A stretch of DNA of 64,000 nt from Mobula hypostoma (taxonomy: Eukaryota): assembly GCF_963921235.1 (NCBI RefSeq), contig NC_086108.1, forward strand, positions 68,078,001-68,142,000, read 5' to 3'. This document shows, piece by piece, positions 12,701-24,314 of the stretch (positions within the stretch are counted from its first letter, which is position 1; each line of letters opens with the position of its first letter). Both the position numbers and the translations under genes were made by a program. The notes under the pieces are model-generated. The model was not told the origin of the DNA. It made no database searches and saw only the letters and a list, made by a program, of their open reading frames with translations.

Positions 12701-14175
12701 GTGAACTTATCCCCTTTGTTCAAGAGCTGACGAATGAGGTGTACTAACTGTTCTTGAACCTGGTGGTGTGAGTCCTGTGACTCCTGAACCTTCTTCTTGA
12801 TAACAGCAGTGAGAAGAGAACATGAGCTGGATGGTGGAGGTCCCTGACAACAGATGCTGCTTTCCTGCAGCAGCATTTCATGTTGATGTGCTCAATGTGG
12901 GAGGGCTTTACCCAGAATGGACTGACCCTATCCACTACCTTTTGACAGGACCTTTTGTTCAATGGCATTGGTGTTTCCATACCAGGCTGTGATGCAGCCA
13001 GTCAAGAGGTTCTCTACTACACATTTATAGAAGTTTGTCAAAGTTTTAGATGTCATGCAGAATCACCACAAACTCCAAAGGAAGTAGAGAGGCTGCTATG
13101 CTTTCTTTGTAATAGCACTTGCATGCTGGGCCCAGGACAGATCCTCCAAAATAATAACACACAGGAATTTAAGATTGCTGACCCTCTCTACCCATGATCC
13201 TTCAATGAGAACTGGCTCATGGACCTCTGGTTTCCTTCTCCTGAAGTCAATAATCAGCTCGACGCTCTTGCTGACATTGAATGAGAGGTTGTTGTTGTGG
13301 CACCATTCAGCCGGATTTTCAATCTCCCTCCTTTATGCTGATTCATTACCACCTTTGATTTGGCCTCCAGCAGTGGTGCCATCATCAAACTTAAATATGG
13401 CATTGGAGCTGCACTTAGCCACATTGTCATGTGTTAAGTGAATAGAGCAGGGGGCTAAGCACATGACCTTGTGGTGCACCTCTGCTGATGCAGATTGTGG
13501 AGGAGATGTTTTTGCCAGTCCAAACTGACTGGGATCTGCAAGTAAGGAAATGGAGGACCCAACTGCATAAGGAAATATTGAGACCAAGATCTTGAAGCTT
13601 ACTGATTAGTTTTGAGGGTATTGAACACTGAGCTGTGGTCGATATTGGGCATCCTGATGTATGCATCTTTGCTGTCCAGATGTTCCAGGGTTGAGTGAAG
13701 AGCCAATGGGATGGATCTGCTGTGGACTTATTGCTCCAACAGGCAAATTGAAGAGAATCTGAGTCACTTCTGATGCAGGAGATGTTTCGTTACCTACCAC
13801 TCAAACACTTCATCACTGTAGACAGAAGTGCTACTAGGCAATAGTCACTGAGGCAGGTCACCATGCTCTTCTTGGACACCAGCATAATTGAAGCCTGCTT
13901 GAAACAAGTGCGTACTACACACTGGCAAACTGAGAATTGAAAGATCTCAGTGATCCCAGCCAGTTGATTAGCAGAGGTTTTTAGTACTTGGCCAGGTACC
14001 CTGTGTGGGACGGATGCTTTTCCTGAGTTCACCCCCTGAAGACTACTCAAACATCAGTCTCCGAGACTGATATCATAGAGTCTTTGGGGGCTGTGGGAAT
14101 TAGTGCTGATGTCTCCATATTCTGACAGTCAAAGCGAACATAGAAGACATTGAGCACATCTGGAAGTGAAACCCT
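9800..14175 (-). mobile_element. Outer Rex1-type LINE (3' tail at 9800-10041, body at 12685-14175), interrupted by a second LINE
   Basis: Body encodes GAPQGHVLSP, FKFDDGTT and CFKQASIMLVSKK. The tail at 9800 matches the tails at 30828-30980 and 33825-33865. TGGA occurs at both junctions (10039-10042, 12683-12686). Confidence 0.7.
10042..12684 (-). mobile_element. Rex1/Babar-type LINE with nearly complete decayed APE-RT ORF
   Basis: CNILYFVETWL, CRPYWLPREFTAVIITAVYIPPQA, LDPLQFAYQHNR, GAPQDCVLGPLLYSL, KFANDTTLIGLI, KAQQHLF. Tail aataaagtcaattcaatt. Confidence 0.9.
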
Positions 14176-14199
14176 GCAGTTACCAATGTTTTTCTTTTC

Positions 14200-14348
14200 T
14201 TTTTTTTTTCTCTCCAGTCCTAATGAAGGGTTTCAGCCTGAAAAATCCACTATACTCTTTTCCATAGATGCTGCCTGGCCTGCTGAGTTCCTCCAGCATT
14301 TCATGTGTGCTGTTTGAACACCAGCATCTGCAGATTTTCTCGTTTGTT
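14200..14348 (+). mobile_element. Penelope terminal-repeat fragment with a degenerate hammerhead
   Basis: cagtcc-taatga-agggtttcagcct-gaaa, then atagatgctgcctggcctgctgagttcctccagc, matching 35905-36045. Confidence 0.8.
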
Positions 14349-14719
14349 ACCCGAGTTGCTTGATTTAACTTTACAAAAGTCAAGACTTGTTTTATCATTT
14401 ATTAAAAGACCAACTCTAGTTGGAAATCACAATCCCTCTTGTAGGTAGTTCCTCCTTTAACTATTTTCCTTGGTGAACTCACCCCCTCCCTCATTCTCCC
14501 CACCCACTGCAGCAGGTTTGACTCCAGCTTCAAGTCACAGCCCATAACAAAGTAGCACATTTCACTCCCACTTGGATTTGGGTCCAATTGCAGGTCCACC
14601 TCTTAACCCCTACCCTTCAAAATCCTATTGCATGTCTGAACTCAGTCTTAACTTAATCAGCCTCTACTAGAAAGACTGATCTTTCTGCTGAAGATACAGT
14701 ACCACTGGGGATTTAAACC

Positions 14720-15350
14720 CATGAAATAAAGGCAATTTATTTCCAATTCAAAGTGGAATTCAACTTAAAGAACATATTTGGTTGTGTTTCTATATATCTG
14801 GGATATTGCACTTCTTGGTAGTAGAGAATAGGCTCAGGGAGTGGCTATAAGAGTCACAGAGATGACTAACTGCAGTGAATTCTGTAGCTGGTACATGCAA
14901 GAGTCACTGTGTGCTGCTGACAGAGGGAGTGAATGCACAGGAAGGTGAATGGAGGACCAATGCAATGGGCTGCTTCGTCCTGGATATTGTTAAACTTCTT
15001 GGGGTTGTTGGAGGCACACTCATCCAGGTGTGAGCGAAGTGTTGAGTGTACCATCACTACCTTGCATATGGTGGGATGTCAGGAAATGAATTATTCCTAC
15101 TTGAATAGCTGGCATCCAGTCTGAACTTATTGACACAGTTCTGTGTGTTTCTGGTTGATACATATCCCAAAGATGTTGATAGTGAGTGGGTTGTTCCACT
15201 CTCTTTTGATCAATGTGATCTTTGCCAAGCAGTTACTTGGTATGAAACTTAATAACATTCATCAGTTGACGCTCAAACGTGGCCTTGGTATTGCTGAATG
15301 CAGACATGGACTGATTCACTCATTGAGGAGTTGCACATTGAATCAACCAA
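14720..15350 (-). mobile_element. Old L2/CR1-group LINE, ORF2 C-terminal fragment
   Basis: ORF 14866-15057 NNPKKFNNIQDEAAHCIG...IHSLCQQHTV...YRIHCS resembles the LINE C-terminal motif TLKKLDTIQDKAARLIG..IHSLHHRR. Confidence 0.6.
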
Positions 15351-15583
15351 CTTCATGGTAGCATTTCAAGTGTAAAGTCATGGAGCCCCAGCAAACTTAG
15401 TGAACTTAGAATGAAGAAAGAATAAATCACTCCTCTATCTGAAGTATATCTCAAACAAAGAAAAATAGTTAGAATGCGGTTTCTCCAGGGTAACATAACA
15501 GACCGGTCATAGTCAGCTGTTTTATGTGTGATTTTCCATCTGTTATAAAGGACGCAAGTGAAGATATAATAGACTGCAAATAA

Positions 15584-15744
15584 GACCATAAGACATGAGT
15601 AGAATTAGGCTATTTGGCCCATTGAACTGCTCTGTCATTCAATCATGGCTGATTTATTATTCCCTCTCAACCCCATTCTCCTGCCTTCACCCTGTAACCT
15701 TTGACACTCTTACTAATCAAGAACATATTAAACTCCACTTTAAA
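15584..15744 (-). mobile_element. CR1 3' end
   Basis: agaccataagaca tail; reverse complement of the CR1 3' UTR. Confidence 0.8.
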
Positions 15745-16490
15745 TGCTGGAATCTTGCTCCAGAAGAATGTAGTTGTATGTTTTATGACAGTGTATGAGA
15801 GTGGTGTAACTGTAGGTGTGGGTACTTGTCTAAGTGTGGTTATGTTTGGAGCTTCGAGCACATGTAAAGGGAACAAGGTGTACCAGAGGGAGCCAGTGTA
15901 TTTCTGTTCATGTGATTGTATCTCAGGTGTGTGCTAGAAGAGTAAATAAAGTCTTCTCTCATTGAATATAGTGTTTAGGTGAGCTCATTAACAGCAATAA
16001 ACAGTAGGGATCTTCAGCAGCATGCTAAAAATAACCTCAAGGCTAGAAGATAAAACTGACCGAGACTTTGACTTAAACTGGTAAATAGTCCAGACATGTT
16101 TGAGGCTGTGTTTTTTTTTGGTCACAGATCTGATTGGGGAGATCACAAGTGCTGGCACTTCTAAGGAGCACAATTTCAGGAGTAAGAGCAAAACCAGATT
16201 GTCCTCTGAATAAATTAAAAAGTCACTCTTCAAACCAGCAAGGTTTAAAATTATGCTGCAGATACAGAACTGGACTGCAATATTTTTTGAAGTAATTTTA
16301 AGGATTACTAGGCTATTAATAGGGTGGATTTCAAGCAGGAAGATTCAGGGTACACTTTGCTTGTCTCAGCTAAAGCGCTGCCAGACAAGAAAACATGCTA
16401 TGTAGTTGCCCTCAGATGTGAAACAAAACACACTGAGATGAACCTGCAGGAGCTCACCATGCTCTAAAAAAAAATTAATGAATTTCTAAT
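15745..16490 (+). mobile_element. Possible Copia-like LTR (15745-15993) followed by a decayed gag-like remnant
   Basis: TGCTGGAAT...AATAAA (about 15945)...TTAACA, starting exactly where the CR1 tail breaks. Downstream frame DFKQEDSGYTLLVSAKALPDKKTCYVVALRCETKHTEMNLQEL weakly resembles Copia Gag. Confidence 0.3.
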
Positions 16491-16559
16491 GAAGTTGTTA
16501 AATTCTTCACTGTTTATAGAATTCCTCCATTTTTCATTTCATTGGGAGAAAACACTTGA

Positions 16560-16665
16560 TAATCTAGATTTATATAAAATTATTTTTTTAACTGTATTAA
16601 ACTGCTGCTACTAAGTTAACAAATTTCTCATCACATGCCGATGATAATAAAACTGATCCTGTTCT
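16560..16665 (+). mobile_element. Short Rex1-type LINE 3' tail
   Basis: actgctgctactaagttaacaaatttc...gataataaaactgatcctgttct, similar to the tail at 52980-53037. Confidence 0.6.
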
Positions 16666-17749
16666 CTTTGTTTTCTTTTTAAGTTTGGTAAATCTCATTG
16701 CCTGAGATACTGCCAGCTCTTCACTGAAACCAAAGTAGATTATCTTATAGCTTCACGAATGCTGTGTTTGGGTGAGCTACCTGACAGCAATCAGCAACAT
16801 ATCAGGAGACATGGCTGAGAATAGCTTGGACACATAGAAAGCCCCTGTAACTAGGAGATTGAGGGTGAAGAGCAGTCAGGGCAAAGTGCAGGGCTGAAGA
16901 CCTTCATACAAAGTGATGACAGCCTTAGAAATCTTTAAGTCAAAATAGAATGTTGTGTCCCTGAAGACCTTCTTGGAGATGATTCTTCTCTGATGGATAT
17001 GTCTATTGCAGCAGAGAAGATGTCTTTAAATAGTAAGAAAATCAAATACGAACAAAGTGCCCTTAACTTTACTGAAACTGTCCCACAATGATCATGATGT
17101 GGAGCTCTGAGCTCTGATTTGTGTTAGTACAGGTGAGAATTCACAGAGCAGACTGGTGGTGTCTTTAGGTATGCACTTGACACCAGGAAGAAGTTAGACA
17201 TGCTAATTAGGCATGGTAATTGGTTCAATCTGGCTTGTAATTTGTTGTTCATTCAATTTACTTCCAATAAAGCTGAATGTTGCATAATTAGCACCTAAAA
17301 TGCAAATTCCAGTAATCCAATTTCTAGGCTTATTGTTCTGCTCAAATATAATAATCAAACAAAAATGTAAGTAGAACTTTCTACCAATTTGAAAGAAGAA
17401 CTTTCTACCAACTTATTTTAGCTATTCTCCAAGAGTAAGAACTCATCTGTTCATTTTGATTCCACACTGAGTGGCAGTCGTTGTAGGTGCACTTTGACTG
17501 ATCCCAGAACTCTTCACCCTGGTGGTCATAATCAGATACATACTCACAGTTGCAATAAATCCTTCAAGTTTATGGATACTATATATTCTTGCTATAATCT
17601 GTCACCATTATTTTTTCCTCATTCTTAAATAACAGTCAGTTGAATAAGGTACAGAGGAGGACCAACTCTCATGGATTATTTTCAACCAATAATCCAGCAC
17701 CTCAGAAAAATTGATATACCGACATGAACAGTTATTGCTGGCTATATTA

Positions 17750-19105
17750 ATAGAAGTGTAGACATCTGCAGCACATTACAGGCCCTTCGGCCCACAATGT
17801 TGTGCTGACCATGTAACCTACGCTAGAAACTGCCTAGAATTTCCTGACACATAGCCCTCCATTTTTCTAAACTCCATGTACACTTCTAAGAGTCTCTTAA
17901 AAGACTCTATTGTATCCACCTCTACCACATTCGCTAGCAGTGCATTCCACGCACCCACCACTCTGTGTGAAAAACTTACCTCTGATATCCCCCTTGTATC
18001 TACTTCCAAGCACCTTAAAACTGTGCCCCCTTGTGTTAGCCATTTCAGCCCTGCGAAAAAGTATCTGGCTATCCACACGGTCAATGTACCTCTATTATAA
18101 TGCAATTGTATACACCTCTATCAATCACTTCTCATCCTCCATTGCTCCAAAGAGAAAAGGCCAAGTTCACTGAACCGATTCTCATAAGGCGTGCTCTCCA
18201 ATCCAGGCAGTATCCTTGTAAATCTCCTCTGCACTCTCTCTATAGTATCCACATCCTTCCTGTAGTGAGGTTACCAGAACTGAACACAGTACTCCAAATG
18301 GGGTCTGACCAAGGTCTTATATAGCTGTAACATTACCTCACGGCTCTTGAACTCAATCCCACGGTTGATGAAGGCCAACACACCATACGACTTCATAATA
18401 ACACTGTCAACTTGTGCAGCAGCTTCAAGTGTCCTATGGACATGGACCCCAGATCTCTCAGATCCTCCACACTGCCAAGAGTTACCATTAATATTATATT
18501 CTGTCTTCAAATTTGACCTACCAAAATGAATCACTTCATATTTATCTGGGTTGAACTCCATCTGCCACTTCTCAGCCCAGTTCTGCATCCTATCAATGTT
18601 GCACTGTAACCTCTGACAATCCTCCAGACTATCCACAACCTTTGTGTCAGCAGCAAACATACTAACCCACCCTCTACTTCTTCATCCAGGTCGTTTATAT
18701 TTAAAAAAATCACTAAGACGAGGAGTCCCAGAACAGATCCCTGCAGAAAACCATTGGTCACCATCCTCTTCACAGAATATGAACCATCTACAAACACCTT
18801 TGCCTTCTGTGGGCAAGCCAATTCTAGATCCACAAAGCAAGATCTCCTTGAAACCCATGCCTCATTACTTTCTGCATGAGCCTCGCATGGGTAACCTTAT
18901 CAAGTAACTTACTGACATGCATATACACTACATCCGCTGCTCTTCCTTCATCAATGTGTTTTGTTACATCCTCAAAGAATTCAATCAGATTTGTAAGGCA
19001 TGACCTGCCCTTGACAAAGCCATGTTGACTGTCCCTAATCATATTATGTCTCTCCAAATGCTCATACATCCTTCCTCTTAGGATCTTCTCCAACAACTTG
19101 ACCAC
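17750..19105 (-). mobile_element. CR1 LINE 3' half
   Basis: SQHGFVKGRSCLTNLIEFFE, QGSVLG, MFAADTK, EKWQMEFNPDK, LVRPHLEYCVQFW. Confidence 0.92.
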
Positions 19106-20049
19106 ACTAAAGAAAGAAATGTATATTAAAAGGACCTAAAACCAAAGGAACTATTTTTTCATAACATCTTCATTAACATGGGGTAAATTGCATTAGTAAC
19201 TACTTCCAAGACATATTCATACCAACAGGTAAACTTGACCATGTACTTAATGTTTTGAGCCAACTTTGCAACCCAACTTCTTTGTCAGTGCGTATGGAAA
19301 GATGACATTACCTAAATTAGTGGTAACTCACAGGGGACAATTAGCCTTCAAATTTTATATATCCATTGTACAATGACAGGAAAGGGGAACATTTTTATTT
19401 TATAACTACCCTATTTATCCTTAATAATGAGGTGAGTGTGAAAAATAGCCATGCAGTTTGTCATTGTAATATCTTATTGCAGCATTGAGAACTAGGTTAA
19501 TGTTGGAGCATGTTTGCTTCCTAGCAACTGAAACTACTATTGGAAACCAAGAAAATCCGAATCTATGTTTGCATTTAGGATCAAATGGCACAATTAAGTC
19601 TCCAGAACATTTGGTCTCTGCCTGTATAATTATCATCTTTTCCCATTCACACCTGCCAAACTGAGGCTATTCCAGTTGGAAAGTAGCCAGTTCTAGCAAT
19701 AATTCAATGGAAAGTCTCAGCTTTTCTTCGGCAGAACTGGATAGAGGTTTGGAAGACATCTTTTTTCTGGCACACAACTGAAGTTGAGGAATCAAGTCCT
19801 TCTGGAATAATATGTAGATCCTGCTGCAAGCACCAAACCCCATTGGAAAGTGATGCACGGTGCAGCTAAAAGCATTTCAGTTTCTGGGGCTGATTTAGAC
19901 TTGGCATATGCACTTTCCCCCACATTTAAATATACTGTACATCTGCAAATCGGCAACCTGTGCAATGGGGTTCGTCAGCTTGGGATTGCTTTGTAATAAC
20001 ATAGCTGGTTATATTTTATTCAGTGAGTGCAGTCCACCTCTATTTAATC

Positions 20050-20325
20050 AGTTTTCCACCATCATTCTGGTAGAGATGTACATTCCACCTTAGGCAAACA
20101 CCAGGCAGGCACTGGAGGAGCTAAGCACTACAATCAGCAGGACTGAAACAGCACATCCTGATACCTACCTTATTATCATGGGGGATTTCATCCAGGCTAG
20201 CTTGAAGTCTCTGAACAATTACCAACAACATAACACTTCTGGAACCAGAGGAACCAATACACTTGACCACTGTTATACCATTATCAAGAATGCTTACCAT
20301 GCCATACCACACCCACACTATAAAC
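20050..20325 (+). mobile_element. Rex1-type APE endonuclease fragment
   Basis: YIPP...GDFIQASLK...TRGTNTLDHCYTIIKNAYHAIPHPH. Confidence 0.8.
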
Positions 20326-20328
20326 CGG

Positions 20329-20650
20329 AAAGGGAGCGAGCAGGGCGGAGCTCGGGTGGGTCTGGGAGGGGGCGAGCAGGGCGGAGCTCGGGTGGGTCTG
20401 GGAGGGGGCGAGCAGGGCGGAGCTCGGGTGGGTCTGGGAGGGGGCGAGCAGGGCGGAGCTCGGGTGGGTCTGGGAGGGGGCGAGCAGGGCGGAGCTCGGG
20501 TGGATCTCGGAGAGAGAGAGCAGGGCGGAGCTCGGGTGGATCTCAGAGGGAGAGAGCAGGGCGGAGCTCAGGTGGATCTGGGAGGGAGAAAGTTGGGTGG
20601 AGCTCGTGGAGGTGAGAGGGAGAGAGCAGGTGGAGCTCGTGGAGGTGAAG
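20329..20650 (+). repeat. 36-bp G-rich minisatellite, about 7 good copies then degenerate ones
   Basis: Unit GAGCAGGGCGGAGCTCGGGTGGGTCTGGGAGGGGGC starting at 20338, 20374, 20410 and 20446 (identical), then diverging at 20482, 20518 and 20554. Confidence 0.95.
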
Positions 20651-21928
20651 TGAATGTCATGCAAGTGTGAAAGGGAGATGGCAGGATGAAACTGAAATGG
20701 ACCAGAAAGGGTGACAGCAAGGAGGAATAGCAAACCTGAAAGGATGATATCCTAGCAGACTGTGTAGAGTGAATTAAGAGCAGAAATAAACAGAGTAAAG
20801 AGTTTATGTCTAGGGTTTCCTCTAACCTATCTTGCCAGAACACACACAAGAGGCTCCGTTGCTACACAGGGTCTTGAGAATGAGGATTTGGTCAACCAGC
20901 ACACTGTAGGAAATTGGCTAAGTGGATCTAGGGATTTACTAAAAGCAAGTCTAGCAATGTGTTTACCATGAGCAGAAATCTGGTGATATTAATCCAAGAG
21001 ACTCTTTCTGCTAATGCCAAGGAATTTCATTGTTAGGTCATAAATCAGATTTGGCTGTTCATTAACATCAATTGAAATTTTCCTCATAGACCAGAGACAT
21101 ATTAATATTGCACTTCTTATGGGATACCATTGACTTCTGTTTTATTTGTTAATTTCCTTTAGGGAATGAAGACATGGTAAATTAAAAGCATGCATTAGGC
21201 ATCAGAGACCCCACAGATTTCCAATTAATGTTATAACCCAAAAGCTTTCTCAACTTTTAATTATTATCAGTAAATCCTGAGCTAACTAATAAGGAGAAAT
21301 AAAGACACAGATATTAAACTGTCAATACTCATTATCATATGGCTATTTTATGAGTCCTGGTGCTTGTCTATCTGTTTCATGCTGGGAGAGGTTTCGTTGA
21401 ACCATAAATTAATTATTAATATAATAGATAGGAAAATAAAATAGGTGCTTTTGTTAGCTAACTGAAAACTCTGAACTACAGAGCCTAATTTAAGATATAA
21501 TTAATATCTGCAATACCCCACTCTGTTTAATGGAAAAGGACCTGATGGGATTTGCATAACAAGCTATCACAGTACTAAATCTAGTGATTGTCATGTGTCT
21601 TTTCTAGTTACGCATTCTGATAATGTTTGATACAAACAACACAATGAGAAAAATAGCCTGTTCTTAAGTCAAGTGTAAAGCTCTTGGTCTGGAATAACCT
21701 GCTTTTGTATAATAAGGACCATCAACATGTGCAAATGTTCAACATATTCAACTATGCTAAGGAAATAAAAATGTCTAAAAATTGGCATTTACCTTTTTTT
21801 TAAGAACAGGCGCTGCACAAATGCTAACATGCAATCAAGTGAAACACAAAATAGTAGGGAGAAAACTCTTGGTACAAAACAGAACATCAGTGTGGTTTCC
21901 TCTCTGTATCATGTTACAAAACTTTATC

Positions 21929-22588
21929 TACAAGGAACACACATCAAAGTTGCTGGTGAATGCAGCAGGCCAGGCAGCATCTGTAGGAAGAGGTGCAGTC
22001 GACGTTTCAGGCCGAGACCCTTCGTCAGGACTAACTGAAGGAAGAGTGAGTAAGGGATTTGAAAGTTGGAGGGGGAGGGGGAGATCCAAAATGATAGGAG
22101 AAGACAGAAGGGGGAGGGATAGAGCCAAGAGCTGGACAGGTGATAGGCAAAAGGGATACGAGAGGATCATGGGACAGGAGGTCTGGGAAGAAAGACAAGG
22201 CGGGGGGGACCCAGAGAATGGGCAAGAGGTATATTCAGAGGGACAGAGGGAGAAAAAGGAGAGTGAGAGAAAGAATGTGTGCATAAAAATAAGTAACAGA
22301 TGGGTACGAGGGGGAGGTGGGGCCTCAGCGGAAGATAGAGAAGTCGATGTTCATGCCATCAGGTTGGAGGCTACCCAGACGGAATATAAGGTGTTGTTCC
22401 TCCAACCTGAGTGTGGCTTCATCTTTACAGTAGAGGAGGCTGTGGATAGACATGTCAGAATGGGAATGGGACGCGGAACTAAAATGTGTGGCCACTGGGA
22501 GATCCTGCTTTCTCTGGCGGACAGAGCGTAGATGTTCAGCAAAGCGGTCTCCCAGTCTGCGTCGGGTCTCGCCAATATATAAAAGGCC
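21929..22588 (-). mobile_element. Penelope-like element 3' end (GIY-YIG C-terminus and terminal repeat)
   Basis: Begins at GLLYIGETRRRLGDRFAEHL. Colinear with 35325-36010 and 43738-44390. Confidence 0.9.
21996..22033 (-). ncRNA. Minimal type-I hammerhead ribozyme motif, intact core
   Basis: TAGTC-CTGACGA-AGGGTCTCGGCCT-GAAA-CGTC^GACTG: stem I AGTC/GACT, core CUGANGA...GAAA, palindromic ACGU stem III, GUC cleavage triplet. Confidence 0.8.
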
Positions 22589-24314
22589 TACAAGGTCCTA
22601 GATTGCAGCTGCCTTCAGAGATCAGAATTACTGCACATTTGCTGCACTGACCACAAGCAGGTTAAGCCTTAAGGAGCATTCTCCATGACAGCTGTAGTAC
22701 AGCAGCATAAAAGACCGCATGGACTTGGGATAACATCGAGGCTTGAGGAGTGTACACAACCCTTGTGTATTTGAGCACCTCATACTTGATGATCTGGCTG
22801 ATGGACGATCATGCTGTGAGTGGCCCTGAATCAAGGAATGGCTTTAGCAACTTGTACTGAAGAGCATAACATAAAGACACCATGATTATAGTTAGTGGAC
22901 AAAAAAAAGTCAATAAAATTAAGCTGCAGAAGCTGAGGACAAACTGATGTTGTAGTGAGCTCTTAATTCACATCTCTTTTAACAGATAACTGCTTTTTTT
23001 ATCTACGAGTGAGAAACAGAGGTTATACCTTTACCAATTACATGGTAAATCTAATCTGGAGCCTTTGTACACCAGATGACATCATCACCTGCACATCTAG
23101 GCAAACATCAGATGATCCATGATGACAATGCTTGGAAGTGTCTGGTGAATTTCCCCAATAGTTGCAAATCGTGCTGAAAATGCTCCTTAGCATTATATAA
23201 CATGTAATGTGATTTTCAAGTACAAATAATACTGTTGGTTTGTCAGCTAACAAATCACATTTATTTTCTGAATACCATTTCCTCCACACATGTTAAAAAG
23301 TAGAGATGGAAATTTGAATTCACTAAGTTGTCGATAAAAATGGCCAAAAACTTGTTGATTATAATAAACTCATTAATATTCTTCCTTCAGGGAAGGAAAC
23401 CTGCTACTTTATGTGGCATTGTCTATCAACTTCACCAAACTGGCCCTACAATCATCTTTAATTAGGGATGGAAAGTACATTATGGTGTTTTCACCAAGGC
23501 TCATATCTTGAGAATGCTGTTATTCAATTAAAGGAAAAAAACGAAATCATGGTTTATGAGAGTTAGAAGCATTCAGATGCAGATATCAACAAGGAACAAA
23601 ATTAAGAACTGAAATTAAGAATATAGATGCAGTACTGTTTTATAAAAACCATCATGATGATTTGATGGCCAAAAAAAACCAAAATTTGGTCATTCTACGA
23701 GCCTTGCAGCATGAAAACTCACAGAGCCTTTCTCGTTTTGGTACATTTGGCCTGTGCACTGTGAAGCCATGCATTTTATAGATGCTCACTTGAAACATTG
23801 TTGGTTTAAAGTGGGTTATGTTCTCCAGCTAAAAAAACCTTGCCACTCACAGAGATCCACTGCCTGGAATTTAACTCCTTACTGGCATTGTTGAAAGGCT
23901 GCTACATAGTACACGGTTGACTTTCTCAGTGCTACAATTTGGAAGTGGATATGGAATATGATAATCAGTTTCTTCTATGAGAATCAGATCTCACGCAATA
24001 TTTGATCACATAGGAATTCACATATACAATTCACCTACACAGTGCTCATTTAAGCAATACCTAGTTCCTGATACTGTATTTGAAAAGCTTTGCTCTAGTT
24101 GTGTTATACACTGTTGTTCTGGATTCTCAGGTACAGACATACAAATTAGGAGCAAACATAAATTGCGGCCAGATGCATCATTCAATAAGGTGCTGTGTGA
24201 CCTGACTGTAACCTCTTTTCTGCATTCCCCTCTACACAGAATAACCTTTCATCCTCTGCACCCCCTCTTACCTTTATTAAGAATATCTAATCATTCTCTT
24301 TGCGTGGCATTCTC

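Noticed and set aside
19650..19870. Exon-like, moderately GC-rich stretch (ORF 19667-19858)
   Set aside because: All three minus frames stop between the plausible splice sites, and I recognise no protein.
20329..20650. CRISPR-like 36-bp periodicity
   Set aside because: Head-to-tail tandem units with no unique spacers; vertebrate context and no cas genes.
20178..20733. Gly/Ser/Arg-rich and other repeat ORFs
   Set aside because: By-products of the 36-bp minisatellite, whose unit is a multiple of three and stop-free.
21782..22531. 249-aa plus-strand ORF
   Set aside because: Antisense reading of a Penelope 3' end; similar shadows occur at 34927-35439 and 35574-35857.
23115..23182. Box C/D snoRNA-like ATGATGA...CTGA
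   Set aside because: No convincing terminal stem or recognisable rRNA guide; such motifs occur by chance.
23723..23828. Possible minus-strand exon (tttttttag...gtgagt; LENITHFKPTMFQVSIYKMHGFTVHRPNVPKRERL)
   Set aside because: Short pyrimidine tract, unrecognised peptide and no partner exons; needs RNA-seq.
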